Origin: Convolutriloba macropyga
Taxonomy: Eukaryota
Length of the DNA: 64,000 nt
Assembly (NCBI RefSeq): GCF_964194025.1
Contig: NW_027452888.1
Coordinates: 1 to 64,000, forward strand
Direction of reading: 5' to 3'
Under the pieces are notes generated by a model. That model searched no databases. It was not told the DNA's origin and was given only the letters and a program-made list of their open reading frames with translations. Every line of letters begins with the position of its first letter. Position 1 is the first letter of the stretch. The translations under genes were made by a program, and so were the position numbers. Shown one piece after another: positions 47,435-60,060 of the stretch.

Positions 47435-47510
47435 GTTTGCTACGCTGCGCTTCGAACCATTGACCTCCTGCTCCCTGCCCAGCAGCAGTTCCCATTCGGC
47501 TATCACGCCC
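47435..47510 (-). mobile_element. tRNA-derived SINE head or tRNA pseudogene
   Basis: On the minus strand, A box TAGCCGAATGG (47502-47492) and B box GGTTCGAAGC (47458-47449) lie at tRNA-like spacing, but the acceptor stem does not pair. Confidence 0.5.
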
Positions 47511-49616
47511 TTGCTCTTCCTATGCTGCAATGGATTTTATTTTAGCAACAAGCTTTGCTTTAGAGTGCGAGCAGCAGAGATCAACCAAAAATGAAGAACG
47601 AAAGCGTAAAAAAGTTACTTGAGAAGTCAAAGAATGTTCTAGAACAAAAGCGCAAAAGGTCAAGCGAAAAATTTGCATAAAAAAGTCCAACAAGTTTATA
47701 ATAATTGCCATGAACTTTTTTCAAGAGCAATTAAAAATATAAAAATAGAACTACAGAGAACTTATTAAAGCACTTGTTTTCAGATGCCAAAAAACATACA
47801 ACACGTGACTACATCTCAAACTTAAAAAAAAATATCTTGAAGAACCTGAGTGTTAAACAAAGTATTCAAAAAAAAGCTCTTGCAAAGAAAGTGGCAAATA
47901 AAGTCGAAGAGTCCAGAAAACATCCCATTAAACGACGCCTTGCCTTCACCACACCAACAAAAATTGGGTCCATTATAAACCAGTTTTCACTAAAATAACA
48001 ACGAGAAACTTCAGGTTGAAATGTTACCGCACGTATTTCCAAACCTGCCTCATAATTTTCAGGTAGCGAAAAAGCTTAAAAAAATAAAGGAAACTAAGGA
48101 TATCAAAAAAACAGTTAACAGCACTTTTTGTCGCTGAACTGCAAGATTACGACAGAAAGAGTACCTATAATAGCTGATTGTAGTGTCATTTCTCCAAAAC
48201 AGCTCGATTTGCAAAAAAAAATTGATTTTTGTCAACATTGTTAAGTTACCTAAGATCTATCGAGACAACAAATTTTCCTAAAAACCATTATATGGGTAAG
48301 TGCTGATCTTAGATTTGTCTTCGTAATCAGAAATTAGTGTTGCAAGGGACTCTCATGGTTATAATTATCACGTTCTTAACAACTGATTCAGAAAACAATA
48401 ACAAAATTGTGTTGGTTGAAGCTTGCAAAATGATTTGCATTGTGTAAAGTAATGAAATATAGTTGAGCAAGATATCAATTGCAAAATCAAATCAAAACTC
48501 TAGATTAAGTAGATCTTTTCTGTTGTTTTATGAGGTGACCGTTACCATTATACCAATTTGTTATTCGGTGTTTTAGGGTGGCGGTCGAACAAGCCAACGG
48601 ACAAGAGAGCTAAATTTTGAAAAAAAGTATGTCAAGTAAGTCCAAAATTATTGAAATAGCCGTATTATATTTTCTCCCTGGTGGGTCATCGGGCTCCCGC
48701 GATAAACGGCCCGCGGATTCCTGATGACATCCCACAGCTGATAAGACGTCCACTGGGGTTTAAACTCACTAGATCTCATAATATTGACCTCATTTTTGCT
48801 TCTCTGGTGCAGTGTAATAAGTAATAAATTGCAGATACTTTGCACAGTCTTGATTGTAACGGTTAGGAATAAATTTTTTTCTGAAATATTTTGTACATTT
48901 TCATAAGGTTCGGCTGGTTGTTACGTCGGCATACTTTGCGTTCAACGGTCTTTATATAAAATGTTTTAAAATCAAATGGAACAAAAGTAAGTGTTTAGGT
49001 CTGGTTTGGTCTTAGGTCCTAAATAGCTCATTGTGATCTGATCAAAACTACTTCTGAAAAATTTTAGTTAATCAAGTCAATTGATTACAGTCAAAAGAGG
49101 TTTTTATGAGTAAATTGCAACTGCGCTTACAGTCAAAATTTGTTCAGAGAGAAAATAGCAAACCAAATTAAGGAAGGTTATCTGATTTTTCTTGTCAAGT
49201 AAAAACGCTTAAAATCGATATATTCGAAAAAATTGAATTTCTGTTGGAGTTTGGTGCAATATAAGTACAATGATTTTACGGACTCATACTGATATCGTAT
49301 ATCTGCAGTTATCAGTACTAACAGCATAACGGCATGCAGCAGGTTATTTTACCTATCCATGTAAGGCAGATTTTGCAGATTAACCTCATTTTTTTGAGAA
49401 TTTAGCCCCTGGCATTGCATCAGCACACAAAATTCATACCCACTCTTATAGTAAGCTCATTAAACTAGAGTCATTTGATCGTTAGTTTGTTATTATAGGA
49501 TTCGGTTGATATAAAAGTCTAGTCCAATCAATTAATAACTCGAAAAAGTGAACAACATTAGTCCTATGTACAAGGTACAAGAAGAAACAATGCCAATTAT
49601 AATAAAGATTTCTTAA

Positions 49617-49802
49617 GATTTAATTATTGCTCGCTCTAAATGATCAAATGAGAAATGCATACTTCCACCGTTTAGGTACATCAGAAAATCTGAAATTTGC
49701 TCTACTTTTTGATATAAAAATAAATTTCAGATTTTTCTGTTGCACGTAAACGATAGAAAAGTTCATTTCTCAGCTGATTTTTTAAAGCTAGCAATAATTA
49801 AA
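49617..49802. repeat. Imperfect long inverted repeat (foldback MITE remnant)
   Basis: taattattgct...gagaaatg...cgttta...cagaaaatctgaaat pairs with atttcagatttttctg...taaacg...catttctc...agcaataatta. Confidence 0.6.
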
Positions 49803-52431
49803 AATGAGCAATAGATCTTCCAATGTAAATCGGTACTTGTCATTTCATATAAAAATTATACTGATGATGAAAAGATTTCCGTATATCTGAGATGACAAAT
49901 CAGAGTAGAAAAACACACAGATCAAACCAAACAAGCTGCACTAAATGGAAATATTAATGATGTCGTTTAACCAAACCTGATTTTTTTTTACTTCTCCGTT
50001 TATGATCCCCAAAACGACAGTTAGAGAAAAACCAGGATTGAAAATCTAATCTAGATGCCTAAACAACCCATAGGGAATCATGTCAAAAAATAATTCTTCA
50101 GACGACACCATTGGTAAAAATAATTTATGAGAACATTGGCGAACTGATTTAAAAGACTAGTAAGCGATGTAAATGATAGGAGATGGTACAATCTTGAGTT
50201 GACCTATTTGGATGGTTACAAAAAGCCAGCGAAACAAGCAGAAGATCTGAAAAGCAAACAATCAAGAGGAACATAACCGACTAACATCGGGCGAATTGCT
50301 CTCAAACGACCAGCGAGTGGTTGGCTTCGTCAGTAGCTAGCCACGGTTTAGTGAGACTAGATTTAGCTTAATTGAAGGGGCGTGAGGTGAGCGCAGTGAG
50401 GGGTTGCACGGGGGGGGGCTGATGGGGGATTGGGGGCAACAGTGGGGGGGGGGGGCGGTGGGAGGGCGTCTTTGGCTGCACGGGACCCTTACGACCTGAA
50501 ACATGGTAGGGGTGGGGCTCTCTTAGAGCCCTTCACACCATGAGTATAAGTCTCTAAAACCATTTCTGTGAATTGAGACTAGTGAGCTGAAAGGCTCTAA
50601 GAGAACTTAATACCCGCTGGGCGCTACCTGTTTATCCCGTTTTTGAGGAAGAAAAGTCAAATAGGTGAGGCAAAAATTCAGTCAAGCGAAAAAAAGGGTT
50701 AAATAACCAACAGGGTTAACATAATTGCTACAAAATTTGTTGAGAGCAATGAAAAACAATCGAAAGTTTACTTATTACTTTATAAATTTTTGACAACACA
50801 TGTATTTGGTATTTGGAATCCCATTCAACAGAGAGACGGGACACTTCAACAGTGCACTTCATATCAACAACAATGTTGAGTTTCATCAGTTCAAACTGCC
50901 GTATAAGAGAGAAAAACCATTAGAAAAAGTTGGACAATTAAGATTACTAAATTCAAAAAAATTCTTCAAATAAAAACAGGCAACTTAAGATAGTTGTTTT
51001 AAAAATCACTAATAGAAATGACAGTATAGCACTGTCTCCGAAAGAATTCAATTTCAAGAAAGCTTATGTTGCCTCGGAATTTCTATTTTGTGGAAAAAAC
51101 CAGAACAGACAATGCATAGTAAAGCAACGGATGAAAACCTCTAAAATGAACAGCATTGTTGTATCCTCATTGCTTGAATCGGTTATGTAACTTTTGCACA
51201 AATTATTATTTTTCAAGCAGACGTTTAATTTTTCTTAAAAAAATAATTGATTGCTTAATGAATGTAAAACCTACTTGTTTGTAAGTTGAATTATAGCCGA
51301 ATAATTTTACTTAAACTACGCTGAGCTGAGCTCAAATAATCCCAAACAATAATAAGGTATTGACAAGCAATTGAAATATTAGAAGAATATTGTTAAAGGA
51401 GAAACCAATAGTACCCGAATATAGGAAAAACATTAGTACTAAAAATTTGTTTTTGTTGGCGGAAACTAAAGTTGTCAAAATTCAACGATTCTTAAACAGT
51501 CGTGAGTTTTCTCAAAAAAACTAATTATTAGAAGACAAGTCACAAAAAAGTGTGTACATGAGAATTGTTGTAACAAATAAAAAATGGCACGATGAAGGCG
51601 ACAAACCGATAAAAGCTAAATAATGAGAACTTTCGAAAAAATGAAGGACCAACTGTTCAAAAAATTTGAGGTTTTTTTCTGACGCTCTTTTCGGCTCATC
51701 AAATAAACCAAAAGTATAGAAAATAGGATACTTCTCACCAGCTTCCATCGTATTTTTTACGTGATCAATCTCACAAGTTTTTAAATTCCAAGGTAGCACG
51801 AGGACAAATTTGTTGAGAAAAATTCAAAGAACAGAAATTGGGTTCGAATCATTAGCTACTTCACAGTGCGTTACTATCTCCGTTTCGTTTGAAAAACCAT
51901 TAGCAAAGTTGAACAATTAAGATCAATAAATTCGAAAAAGCTATTAAAAAGCTAAAGCACGACAATATATATTCTTTTAAAATAAATCATTTTTTAAAAT
52001 AAAGGAATGACGGTACAAGATCAAAAAATTATTACAATTGCAATTTTTCGTTTATTTTTGAGTATTCGGACACTTAAAAGTTGCCCTCATGAAGGAAAGA
52101 TAGATGAAATTGTGGATCAATTTCCGTTTGTGCCCCCCCCCCCCCATTATGTTATACACCCCCAGTTACAGAGCACGTGAGTTACCGTACTAAAACGTAA
52201 TGTTAAAACATTGCACGTGTTGTTAGGGCGGGGGTGCACCCACTAAGCTTGAGGGGGTACAAAGAGAAAAGATCGGAGATTGTTTAAAGAGTAAAAATCA
52301 ACCTTATTACTGTAGTATAGAGACACTATGTGAATCTGAAAGAAAACATGCTAATCAGAATACCTGAGAGTCCGAATCCTGAAGCAAAAACGAGAGAAGA
52401 CATCCCCTTTTTTTAGCAAGCAAAGAAAATT

Positions 52432-52757
52432 AGATCTTTTCCGTTAATGCCCCCCCCGTAAGTTATGCGGGATCTTTTCTGTTCCCCCCCCCCAGTGTGT
52501 TTTACCCCCCCCCCCCCCCCAGTTAAAAATTATATGTTGTTGTATATCTCGTTGCTATGTAAGAAAATAGCACGTGCGCCTGGGGGCGTAAAAAATATAA
52601 GCCCATTGAGCTGGGGGGAACAGAATAGATCCCTTATGCGTTCCCAGCTGTTGAACAGGTGTAAGTAGACAACAATTCAGTATGCATTTTTATAGCGTGT
52701 GTGATAGGTGCGAGATAATATGAACAAATTAAAGGGGGCACAAACGGAAAAAGATAT
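52432..52757. mobile_element. Nested MITE pair: inner copy 52469-52633 inserted into a related outer copy
   Basis: Inner TIRs gggatcttttctgttcccccc / ggggggaacagaatagatccc, flanked by TTATGC on both sides. Outer TIRs atcttttccgttaatgccccc / gggggcacaaacggaaaagat. Confidence 0.75.
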
Positions 52758-53183
52758 TGGGGGCACGAATCGGGGAAGCTGAAATAATCAATTATAGGAG
52801 TAGGATTATCAAAGTGTTTAAGAAAGTTAATTCCCACCCGTACCTAGGTCGCAGTGAGTTTCAGCGCTGTACCATTGACTTTCAATTGTAACCAGTACTG
52901 TACCAGACAAATAGCAGTGTAAATAAATTTGCCAGTCTGCCCAGAGTCGATTAAGAAAAATCCCAGTCTGTTTTTTTTCTTCGCAGCATCATTTACATTA
53001 TTGGTTAACACTGCACAGAATGTCTCCGTTCAGACTGTACAGACGAAGAACTAACAGACTGTACATAGCAAATTTTGAAAATTTCGAATGACTGATATCA
53101 TGCATGAAATTTTCAACGTGGCGATACCCGGAGCTGCATTCTAGCCTAACTTGTACATACTACACCACAATTAACTGACACAT

Positions 53184-53524
53184 CGACTTCCACCGACTTC
53201 CGCCGACCTCCGCCGACTTCCGACATCCGCCGACTTCCACCGACCTCCGCCGACTTCCACCGACTTCCAACCTCCGCCGACTTCCACCGACCTCCGCCGA
53301 CTTCCACCGACTTCCGATCTCCGCCGACTTCCACCGACCTCCGCCGACTTCCGACCTCCGCCGACTTCCACCGACCTCCGCCGACTTCCGACCTCCGCCG
53401 ACTTCCACCGACCTCCGCCGACTTCCACCGACCTCCGCCGACTTCCACCGACCTCCGCCGACTTCCAACCTCCACCGACTTCCACCGACCTCCGCCGACT
53501 TCCGACCTCCGCCGACCTCCGCCG
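53184..53524. repeat. GC-rich minisatellite of 10-bp units CCGAC(T/C)TCC(A/G)
   Basis: Alternating ccgacttcca and ccgacctccg units over ~340 bp. Confidence 0.95.
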
Positions 53525-53706
53525 TTTCTACCGGATTGATGTGAATGCACCAGTGTATTTATGTTAACCTTTTTCCAGTGTTTAAATAGTAGACTCAATG
53601 GTCTTCATATGTTGTGTATTTCAGATTTGATTGAGACTTGTATTTGAACTTTGTGTTTGTTGAACTGACTTTGATTTGATTGAATTGTTTGGATTCTATC
53701 AAGAAG

Positions 53707-54282
53707 ATGGAACAGGTTGTTATTACGGTGGAGTTACACGAGTCGATTATGAAATGCAGGCGGGAAATAATGTTTGTTGTTGCGGATCCTGAAGAGAAGA
53801 CGTGCCAAGGAATTCTAACAGTGAGGAAGGTGTTCGACATCGATAACGAACGAATGAATCGAGTACGGAATTTGCGAAAAAGTCGGGCACCTGATGCGAG
53901 TGTGAGTACTGTAGTGAATGAACGGAAGGGGAGGCGATTTGAATGCGGGTACTGTGAGTATGAATCACGTGCGCAGTATATCACTGCAAGGCACGTTGTC
54001 CGCGTTCATCTGAAAAGCATCCGGCCTACAAAATGTGATCTATGCCCATTCAAGACTATCTATTCTGCGAATTTGAAGAGACATAATCAAAGGGTCCATA
54101 ATTCTGTTAATTTGAGATTGAGGTGTGAGTCAAAGTCGTCGGGGTCGGGGTCAAAGTCGTCGGGATCGGGGTCAAAGTCGTCGGGATCAAAGTCGGGATC
54201 AAAGTCGGGATCAACGTCGGGGTCAACAAGCGTAAAGTCATGTGCAAAATCATCATCACCTTCAGTTGTTCCTTTGAATTAG
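53707..54282 (+). CDS. Single-exon protein with two C2H2 zinc fingers and a Ser/Gly-rich tail, 191 aa
   Basis: FECGYCEY...ARHVVRVH and KCDLCPF...NLKRHNQRVH. ATG at 53707. Confidence 0.7.
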   Translation: MEQVVITVELHESIMKCRREIMFVVADPEEKTCQGILTVRKVFDIDNERMNRVRNLRKSRAPDASVSTVVNERKGRRFECGYCEYESRAQYITARHVVRVHLKSIRPTKCDLCPFKTIYSANLKRHNQRVHNSVNLRLRCESKSSGSGSKSSGSGSKSSGSKSGSKSGSTSGSTSVKSCAKSSSPSVVPLN

Positions 54283-55128
54283 TTATTGCATTGACTGATA
54301 CTTGTTTTTTACTTCTTTGTTTTACTTTGTTTAATTACTGGATTACCTTGTTACTTTCGTAATACCAATTTGAAGTCAATTATTGATCGTAGTTCAGACT
54401 TAACTTCAACACCTGAGAATTACCTAACTCGAACTGTAACATCTGTGTCTTCAAAGCTATCTGAAATGAAGCAGTCAAAGGTTGTTAAGCGGGTTATTTT
54501 GGTCGCTTTTGGTTTGGGCTCTTTGGTTGTTCAGTGTTAGCCGCAAAAGCATTTGAAAAAGTGTCCGCCTGCATTGGAATTCCGCTGAGATTGATAAATG
54601 GTTAATTTAGTTACAAACAATTGACCAATCAGCAAAGCTTAAAGACCAGCAACAAATCTTTCCTGTTCTTATCTTACGCAAAAGAGCACACAAAAACTAA
54701 CTTCAAATCGGAGTGCAAACTTAAGTTCAACTGTGTTTTAATGGTTGTGGTTTACGCATTGTTGGTTCATGGTGTTTATGGTTTACGCAGTCAATTTGGA
54801 TCGACCAGATTTAACAGGAAGGAACTGTTCCATTTAATCATGTTATGCACGTGATCAAAATTTAGTGCTCATAACCTACCTCCCTCACTTGTTTCAATTA
54901 TATCATAAGGGGGGGGGTGGGGGGGGGGGTGGGGGGGGTAGTTTCGTGGGGAAAGGTAGTAGGGGGTTATAATGGGAAACATACCTTAAGCTAACAAAAA
55001 GGAAGATAATATAATTTGAATGATAGAATTGGATAATAAAGGTTAAGTAAAAAAGAAACAGTTCCAACAGGGATCCGAAGCATGAATTTAAATTGAACAG
55101 CACGAATTTAGACAATTTAAACGATTCT

Positions 55129-55809
55129 TACGAGGGCGTTATTGATTGTGTAAATAAAACTTACGCATCAGAAGGAGTAATTCCATTTTTGAGAGGAAAT
55201 CTGGCAATTTGTATTAGATACTTCCCAACGCAAGCTATTAATTTTGCGTTTAAAGATCAAATTAAGGCTCTCTTCAAATCCAACAAAAAATATCAACTTC
55301 AGTAAGAACAACGTAGTCAACGTTCAACTTAGTCAACGTAGTCAACTTCAGTAAGAACATTGCTGTGCCGGGTCACTGTCTCTCTGCTTTGTCTACTCTC
55401 TGGATTATTGCCGAAACAGATTGGCAAATGATGCTAAAGGTGCTGGAAAGAGCTGAGAGCGACAGTTCAACGGAATGGTAGACGTCTACAGAAAGATATT
55501 TGCATCTGACGGCATTGGAGGATTGTACAGAGGATTCGTGATCTCTTGCGTGGGTATCTTTGTGTATCGAGGCTTCTACTTCGGCATGTACGATCGAAGC
55601 CCATATTCTTGGTAGAGAACTCCAACTTATTGCTGAACTTCTGCTTGGGATACGGTGTGACCGTAACTGCAGGACTTTTCTCATACCCCATAGATACAAT
55701 TAGACGACGAATGATGATGACATCTGGACAAGCTGTCAAGTATAAGGGATCAATTGACTGTGCGATGCAGATTATGAAGAATGAAGTAGCTGGAGCTAAC
55801 ATTTTGAGC
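55129..55809 (+). pseudogene. Intronless, fragmented mitochondrial ADP/ATP carrier (ANT/AAC) pseudogene
   Basis: [53 protein letters not shown] (RRRMMM signature) and AGANIL. Frameshifts, deletions and both termini missing. Confidence 0.93.
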
Positions 55810-56729
55810 GAAAGGAATGGAAACGTCTCGAAGAATCGTCTATGAATGTGCATTGTGCAATGATCAGTATCAGTGATTTATCTTGTTAGTAATGCTTCTA
55901 TTCTAGTTAACAATCCCTGTAAATGTGTGCAAGTGTGTTTAGTATGTATTATTTCACTGTAATGGAAGCGGACGTACTAGCTAAGCAATACTTGCTTTCC
56001 ACCGCAAAATAGAGAGATTTGTGCGACAGTAATCTTAAAATATTGAATCGTGAAATTGGTTTAATTGCTTTGTGGAGACCAGTTTGACAAAGTTTAAAAT
56101 AACCCTTGATTCTGCTCATTAACGTACTCTTCAGTGACTCTATGTAGATGAAAATAAAGCGCACAAGGCTCCTTGAAGAAAATATTTGCCTTCTGAGGAG
56201 TTTAAGTAACAAAATTCGGCTCTTTTTTGATGACTTTGTAATGGAGAACGAACGAGTCATTTTGTTGAGCGAAATAACATCTGAAAATATGCAAACTAGA
56301 GAATGAAATGTTGGTTCAAATCACACTGAGCGCGAATCTGAATGTAAATCAAAAATTACTTATTGTCAAATTTTCATTGATATTAGCATAAGAGGGGTAC
56401 CAGAACCGAAAACAAAAGACGTATGAGATAGAACGGGAGCTGATTGAAATGTCCATTAAATTTCAAGGAAACAAACAATTTAAACTATACTTATTTAGAA
56501 AAGATATGGGACTTGTCCTCAATGCGACTGCTTGAAAGGTCGAAAATAAGAGCAAATAGGTGCAAAGTCCGAAAATGAATTTCCATTTTTGAAAACAGTT
56601 AATTTCACAGTTATTAATAATCTATATATTAATCGCGTGAACACATGAGGCGGCATGTTTTAGAGGCATTACTGATCGGCATGTTGTAACAGTACTACCG
56701 AAGAGCACGGTTAAGCGGTTGCCTAATTG

Positions 56730-57125
56730 GGGTTAACGACCGAAAAATTGTGCTTTAAGGTCATTAATCAATTAATGTTTCTAAAAGGTCATTGACCGAA
56801 AAATGTTGCAAAAAAGGTCATTAACCGAAAAGTGTTGCCAAAAGGTCAGTGACCCAAAATATTGCTAAGAGGTCGTGTCATCTACCGAAAAAAGCTTTGC
56901 GAGAAAGCCTGTTGCCAAAGTTTTTTTCTTGAAGAAGAAGACAATAATCGGTGTTTCAGTAAACAAGAACAATATTGTCGAAAAAATCATTGGCTGATTA
57001 GTTGTTGAGAAACAGGTCTGTGACCAAAAACTTCTTCAGAGAACGGTCTGTGACCGAAAAGCTTCTGATACTGAAAATGTAAATGATCGAAATTGTGTCA
57101 AGACAAATAGTTTTTACCGAAAAAA
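56730..57125. repeat. Degenerate ~30-bp repeats (ggtcattaaccgaaaa core)
   Basis: Recurrent aaggtca(t/g)t(a/g)accgaaaa and ggtctgtgaccgaaaa units. Confidence 0.6.
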
Positions 57126-57719
57126 AACAATTGTTTTTAGTAGTTCATTCTCAAAAAATTATTGATGAAAAAGGATGTCTTGAATATTTGTGAAGGAAAA
57201 GTCGCTCACCAAAAACGTCAAGGATTAAAAGGTGGAGGATGGAAATTTGTTTTGCCACAGTTTCACTGTACGAAACTTTTTTGATACAGAAGAATTTCAG
57301 CGAAAATTTGTGAAGTTTAAAAGACCCAAAAGATGACAATGATATAACCTAATTTAGGTGCCAATAAATTATATATGACAAAACTGGGGTCTTGAAATAA
57401 TTAAAAAAATTTTAGCGCACAGTTGAGGACTTTTTCATATTAGGGGCTGTTACTAATAAGATATTGCTTACAAAACATGATAGGTATATCATTTCCTTCT
57501 TTTATTTTTTCAAGGAAAGTTTTGTTGGTGGCATTAGTCAGCTCTTTAATTCAGTTCTCTGCGTGTTGACTTCGTAAAAGCATTCGCAAAGGCTTGACAA
57601 CGATTCCTTTTTATCGGCGCATTCCTCGTTTTGGGCACGTCCAACGTGATCTCATTAGCACATTCATCCTTTTTATGAGAACTGCAGTTCATCGTCTCAC
57701 CCAGGACCTGTTTTCTCAT

Positions 57720-58470
57720 CTTCTTTGAACTGTTGTATCTCTCCCTCCCTTCTTTTTCTTTCTCTATCTTTCTTATTTCTGTTGTGCGATCTTCTATTTC
57801 TGCACTTCAAGTGTTTATCGAACTGTATTTTTTATTTTGCATTCAAATTTTTGCCTTTGTTTTGCGCTTGGTCACTATCTCGCTGTTTTCGTACTTTCTC
57901 TCTCATGATTTGGGTTTCTTTATTTTTGCTGTTCCATTTTCTTTCATTCTATCGCTTTTGTTTTTTTTCTGTTTTTCTTCTTTTTTCTCATGCTCACTTT
58001 CCTTTTTCCTCCTTTCTCTCACTCTTTATTTTTCTTTTCTTGGTTGTTTTTTTTTGTTTTGTTTTTTTTTTCATTTTTTCTTTTGTCTGTTTTTGATTCA
58101 TTTTTTGTTTCCAATTGTTTTTCTTACGGTTGGTTCATGATGTTCTTGTGGTTTCTGTTGTATTGTATTCTTTCTGTTTTTACCTCTCTCATCATATTCG
58201 AGTTTTCCTTCTCTTTTTGTCTTTAACTCAACTTTTTTTCGCTTTTTGTTCGCGTTGGTTTTCTCCCCAACTCGTTTTTTCTGTTTCCTTCTCTGCGTTC
58301 AACCTTCTTTTTTCTCTGTCTTTTGGGTTTTTTCGTTTTTTTAAATCTATTTGCTCTCCGACTCATTGTATATTGCTGCAGCAATCGATTTCTCTCTTTC
58401 TCACCCTCTTTATACCTCATCCTATCGGTTTTGAATTTTTAATGCTCTGTGAGAACGTTTTTTACTCTTA
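57720..58470. repeat. T/pyrimidine-rich low-complexity tract
   Basis: Extreme T bias, which produces overlapping Phe/Leu-rich spurious ORFs. Confidence 0.8.
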
Positions 58471-59262
58471 ATTCGCTTAAAACTTGTCTTTCACATATTT
58501 GGCGCTCCATTTTTTTGATGTCCAAAGTAGTTTGCATAAAAATTCATTGAATTCACAAAAGAATGCATGTACACCAGTTATCACGAATAGGTTTTCAATG
58601 AGACTATCGATTGTTAAAGTTTCAAGTTAAGATGCCTTCCGATAGCCTTTACGGACCTGCTAGTAATCATTTATATCTACATATGAAGCAATTGAGGCAT
58701 CTCACGTCATTATCCAATGTTCGATTGCGCAAAATTTCAAAACCAATGGGATCAACGACTATTGTTTTAACTTAAAAAGAAACCAAAAATTCTTTGGAAT
58801 GTACAAATATCTAAAAATCTGACATTTTCATAGTAGGTAATTTTGGCCGGAAATTTAAAGTAATCAGATAATCTCATTTTTTTTATTTTGATCTGAGCAT
58901 TGATATTTTCAAATTTGAAGATCGATAAGGCTAAGCTTCGGATGCAGATTGTGATTTAAAGATCTTAGTTAAATGATTGCAAAAAAACTTGATTTGCGAG
59001 ATTAGAAATGTACGTCATTGTCGTTCATTCATTTGGTTTTCTGTTACTTCTACTACAGTGTAATTAACTTCAACTGTTTAACGTTGTGCACGCATTTTGT
59101 TGTGTGTTTTGTAAGTAGTATGGTAATTTCTTTAATCAACACCTGTTGCGATCATTTCAAAATTGAACACAGTTTTATTGGTTTCCGTTTTCGATTTTTT
59201 GAGGACAATTACATTTTCAAAGGTAAATAATATTTCTTCGGATCTGTTCTTCTTTTTGTTCT

Positions 59263-60060
59263 NNNNNNNNNNNNNNNNNNNNNNNNNNNNNNNNNNNNNN
59301 NNNNNNNNNNNNNNNNNNNNNNNNNNNNNNNNNNNNNNNNNNNNNNNNNNNNNNNNNNNNNNNNNNNNNNNNNNNNNNNNNNNNNNNNNNNNNNNNNNNN
59401 NNNNNNNNNNNNNNNNNNNNNNNNNNNNNNNNNNNNNNNNNNNNNNNNNNNNNNNNNNNNNNNNNNNNNNNNNNNNNNNNNNNNNNNNNNNNNNNNNNNN
59501 NNNNNNACACACACATTGACACACACGCACGCGCGCGCGCACACACACAAACACATGCCACACACCACACACACACGCCACCTACACACCACACACACAC
59601 ACAAACACACCACCCACACACCATTCACACACTCCACCCACACACCATAAACACACCACACACAAACCACACACACACACCACCCACACACCATTCACAC
59701 AAAACACACAAATCACACCACCCACACACCATACACACACACCACACACAAACCACACACACACATGCAAGCGCACACACACACACAAACACATGCCACA
59801 CACCACACGCACCACACACACACACCGTTCACACACANNNNNNNNNNNNNNNNNNNNNNNNNNNNNNNNNNNNNNNNNNNNNNNNNNNNNNNNNNNNNNN
59901 NNNNNNNNNNNNNNNNNNNNNNNNNNNNNNNNNNNNNNNNNNNNNNNNNNNNNNNNNNNNNNNNNNNNNNNNNNNNNNNNNNNNNNNNNNNNNNNNNNNN
60001 NNNNNNNNNNNNNNNNNNNNNNNNNNNNNNNNNNNNNNNNNNNNNNNNNNNNNNNNNNNN
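59263..60060. repeat. Degenerate (CA)n tract (59507-59837) between two assembly gaps (59263-59506, 59838-60060)
   Basis: Read directly from the sequence. A third gap lies at 61215-61431. Confidence 0.95.

Noticed and set aside
47765-47825. Similarity of SDAKKHT to SDAKEHT at ~62630
   Set aside because: The match is about 30 bp and does not visibly extend; it could be chance.
53146-53598. Three overlapping SAEVGG/RRRS-repeat ORFs; array also considered as CRISPR-like
   Set aside because: They are translations of a stop-free 10-bp minisatellite. There are no unique spacers or cas genes, and the context is eukaryotic.
57725-58471. Phe/Leu-rich membrane-protein-like ORFs
   Set aside because: Artefacts of the T-rich low-complexity tract, open in several frames at once.
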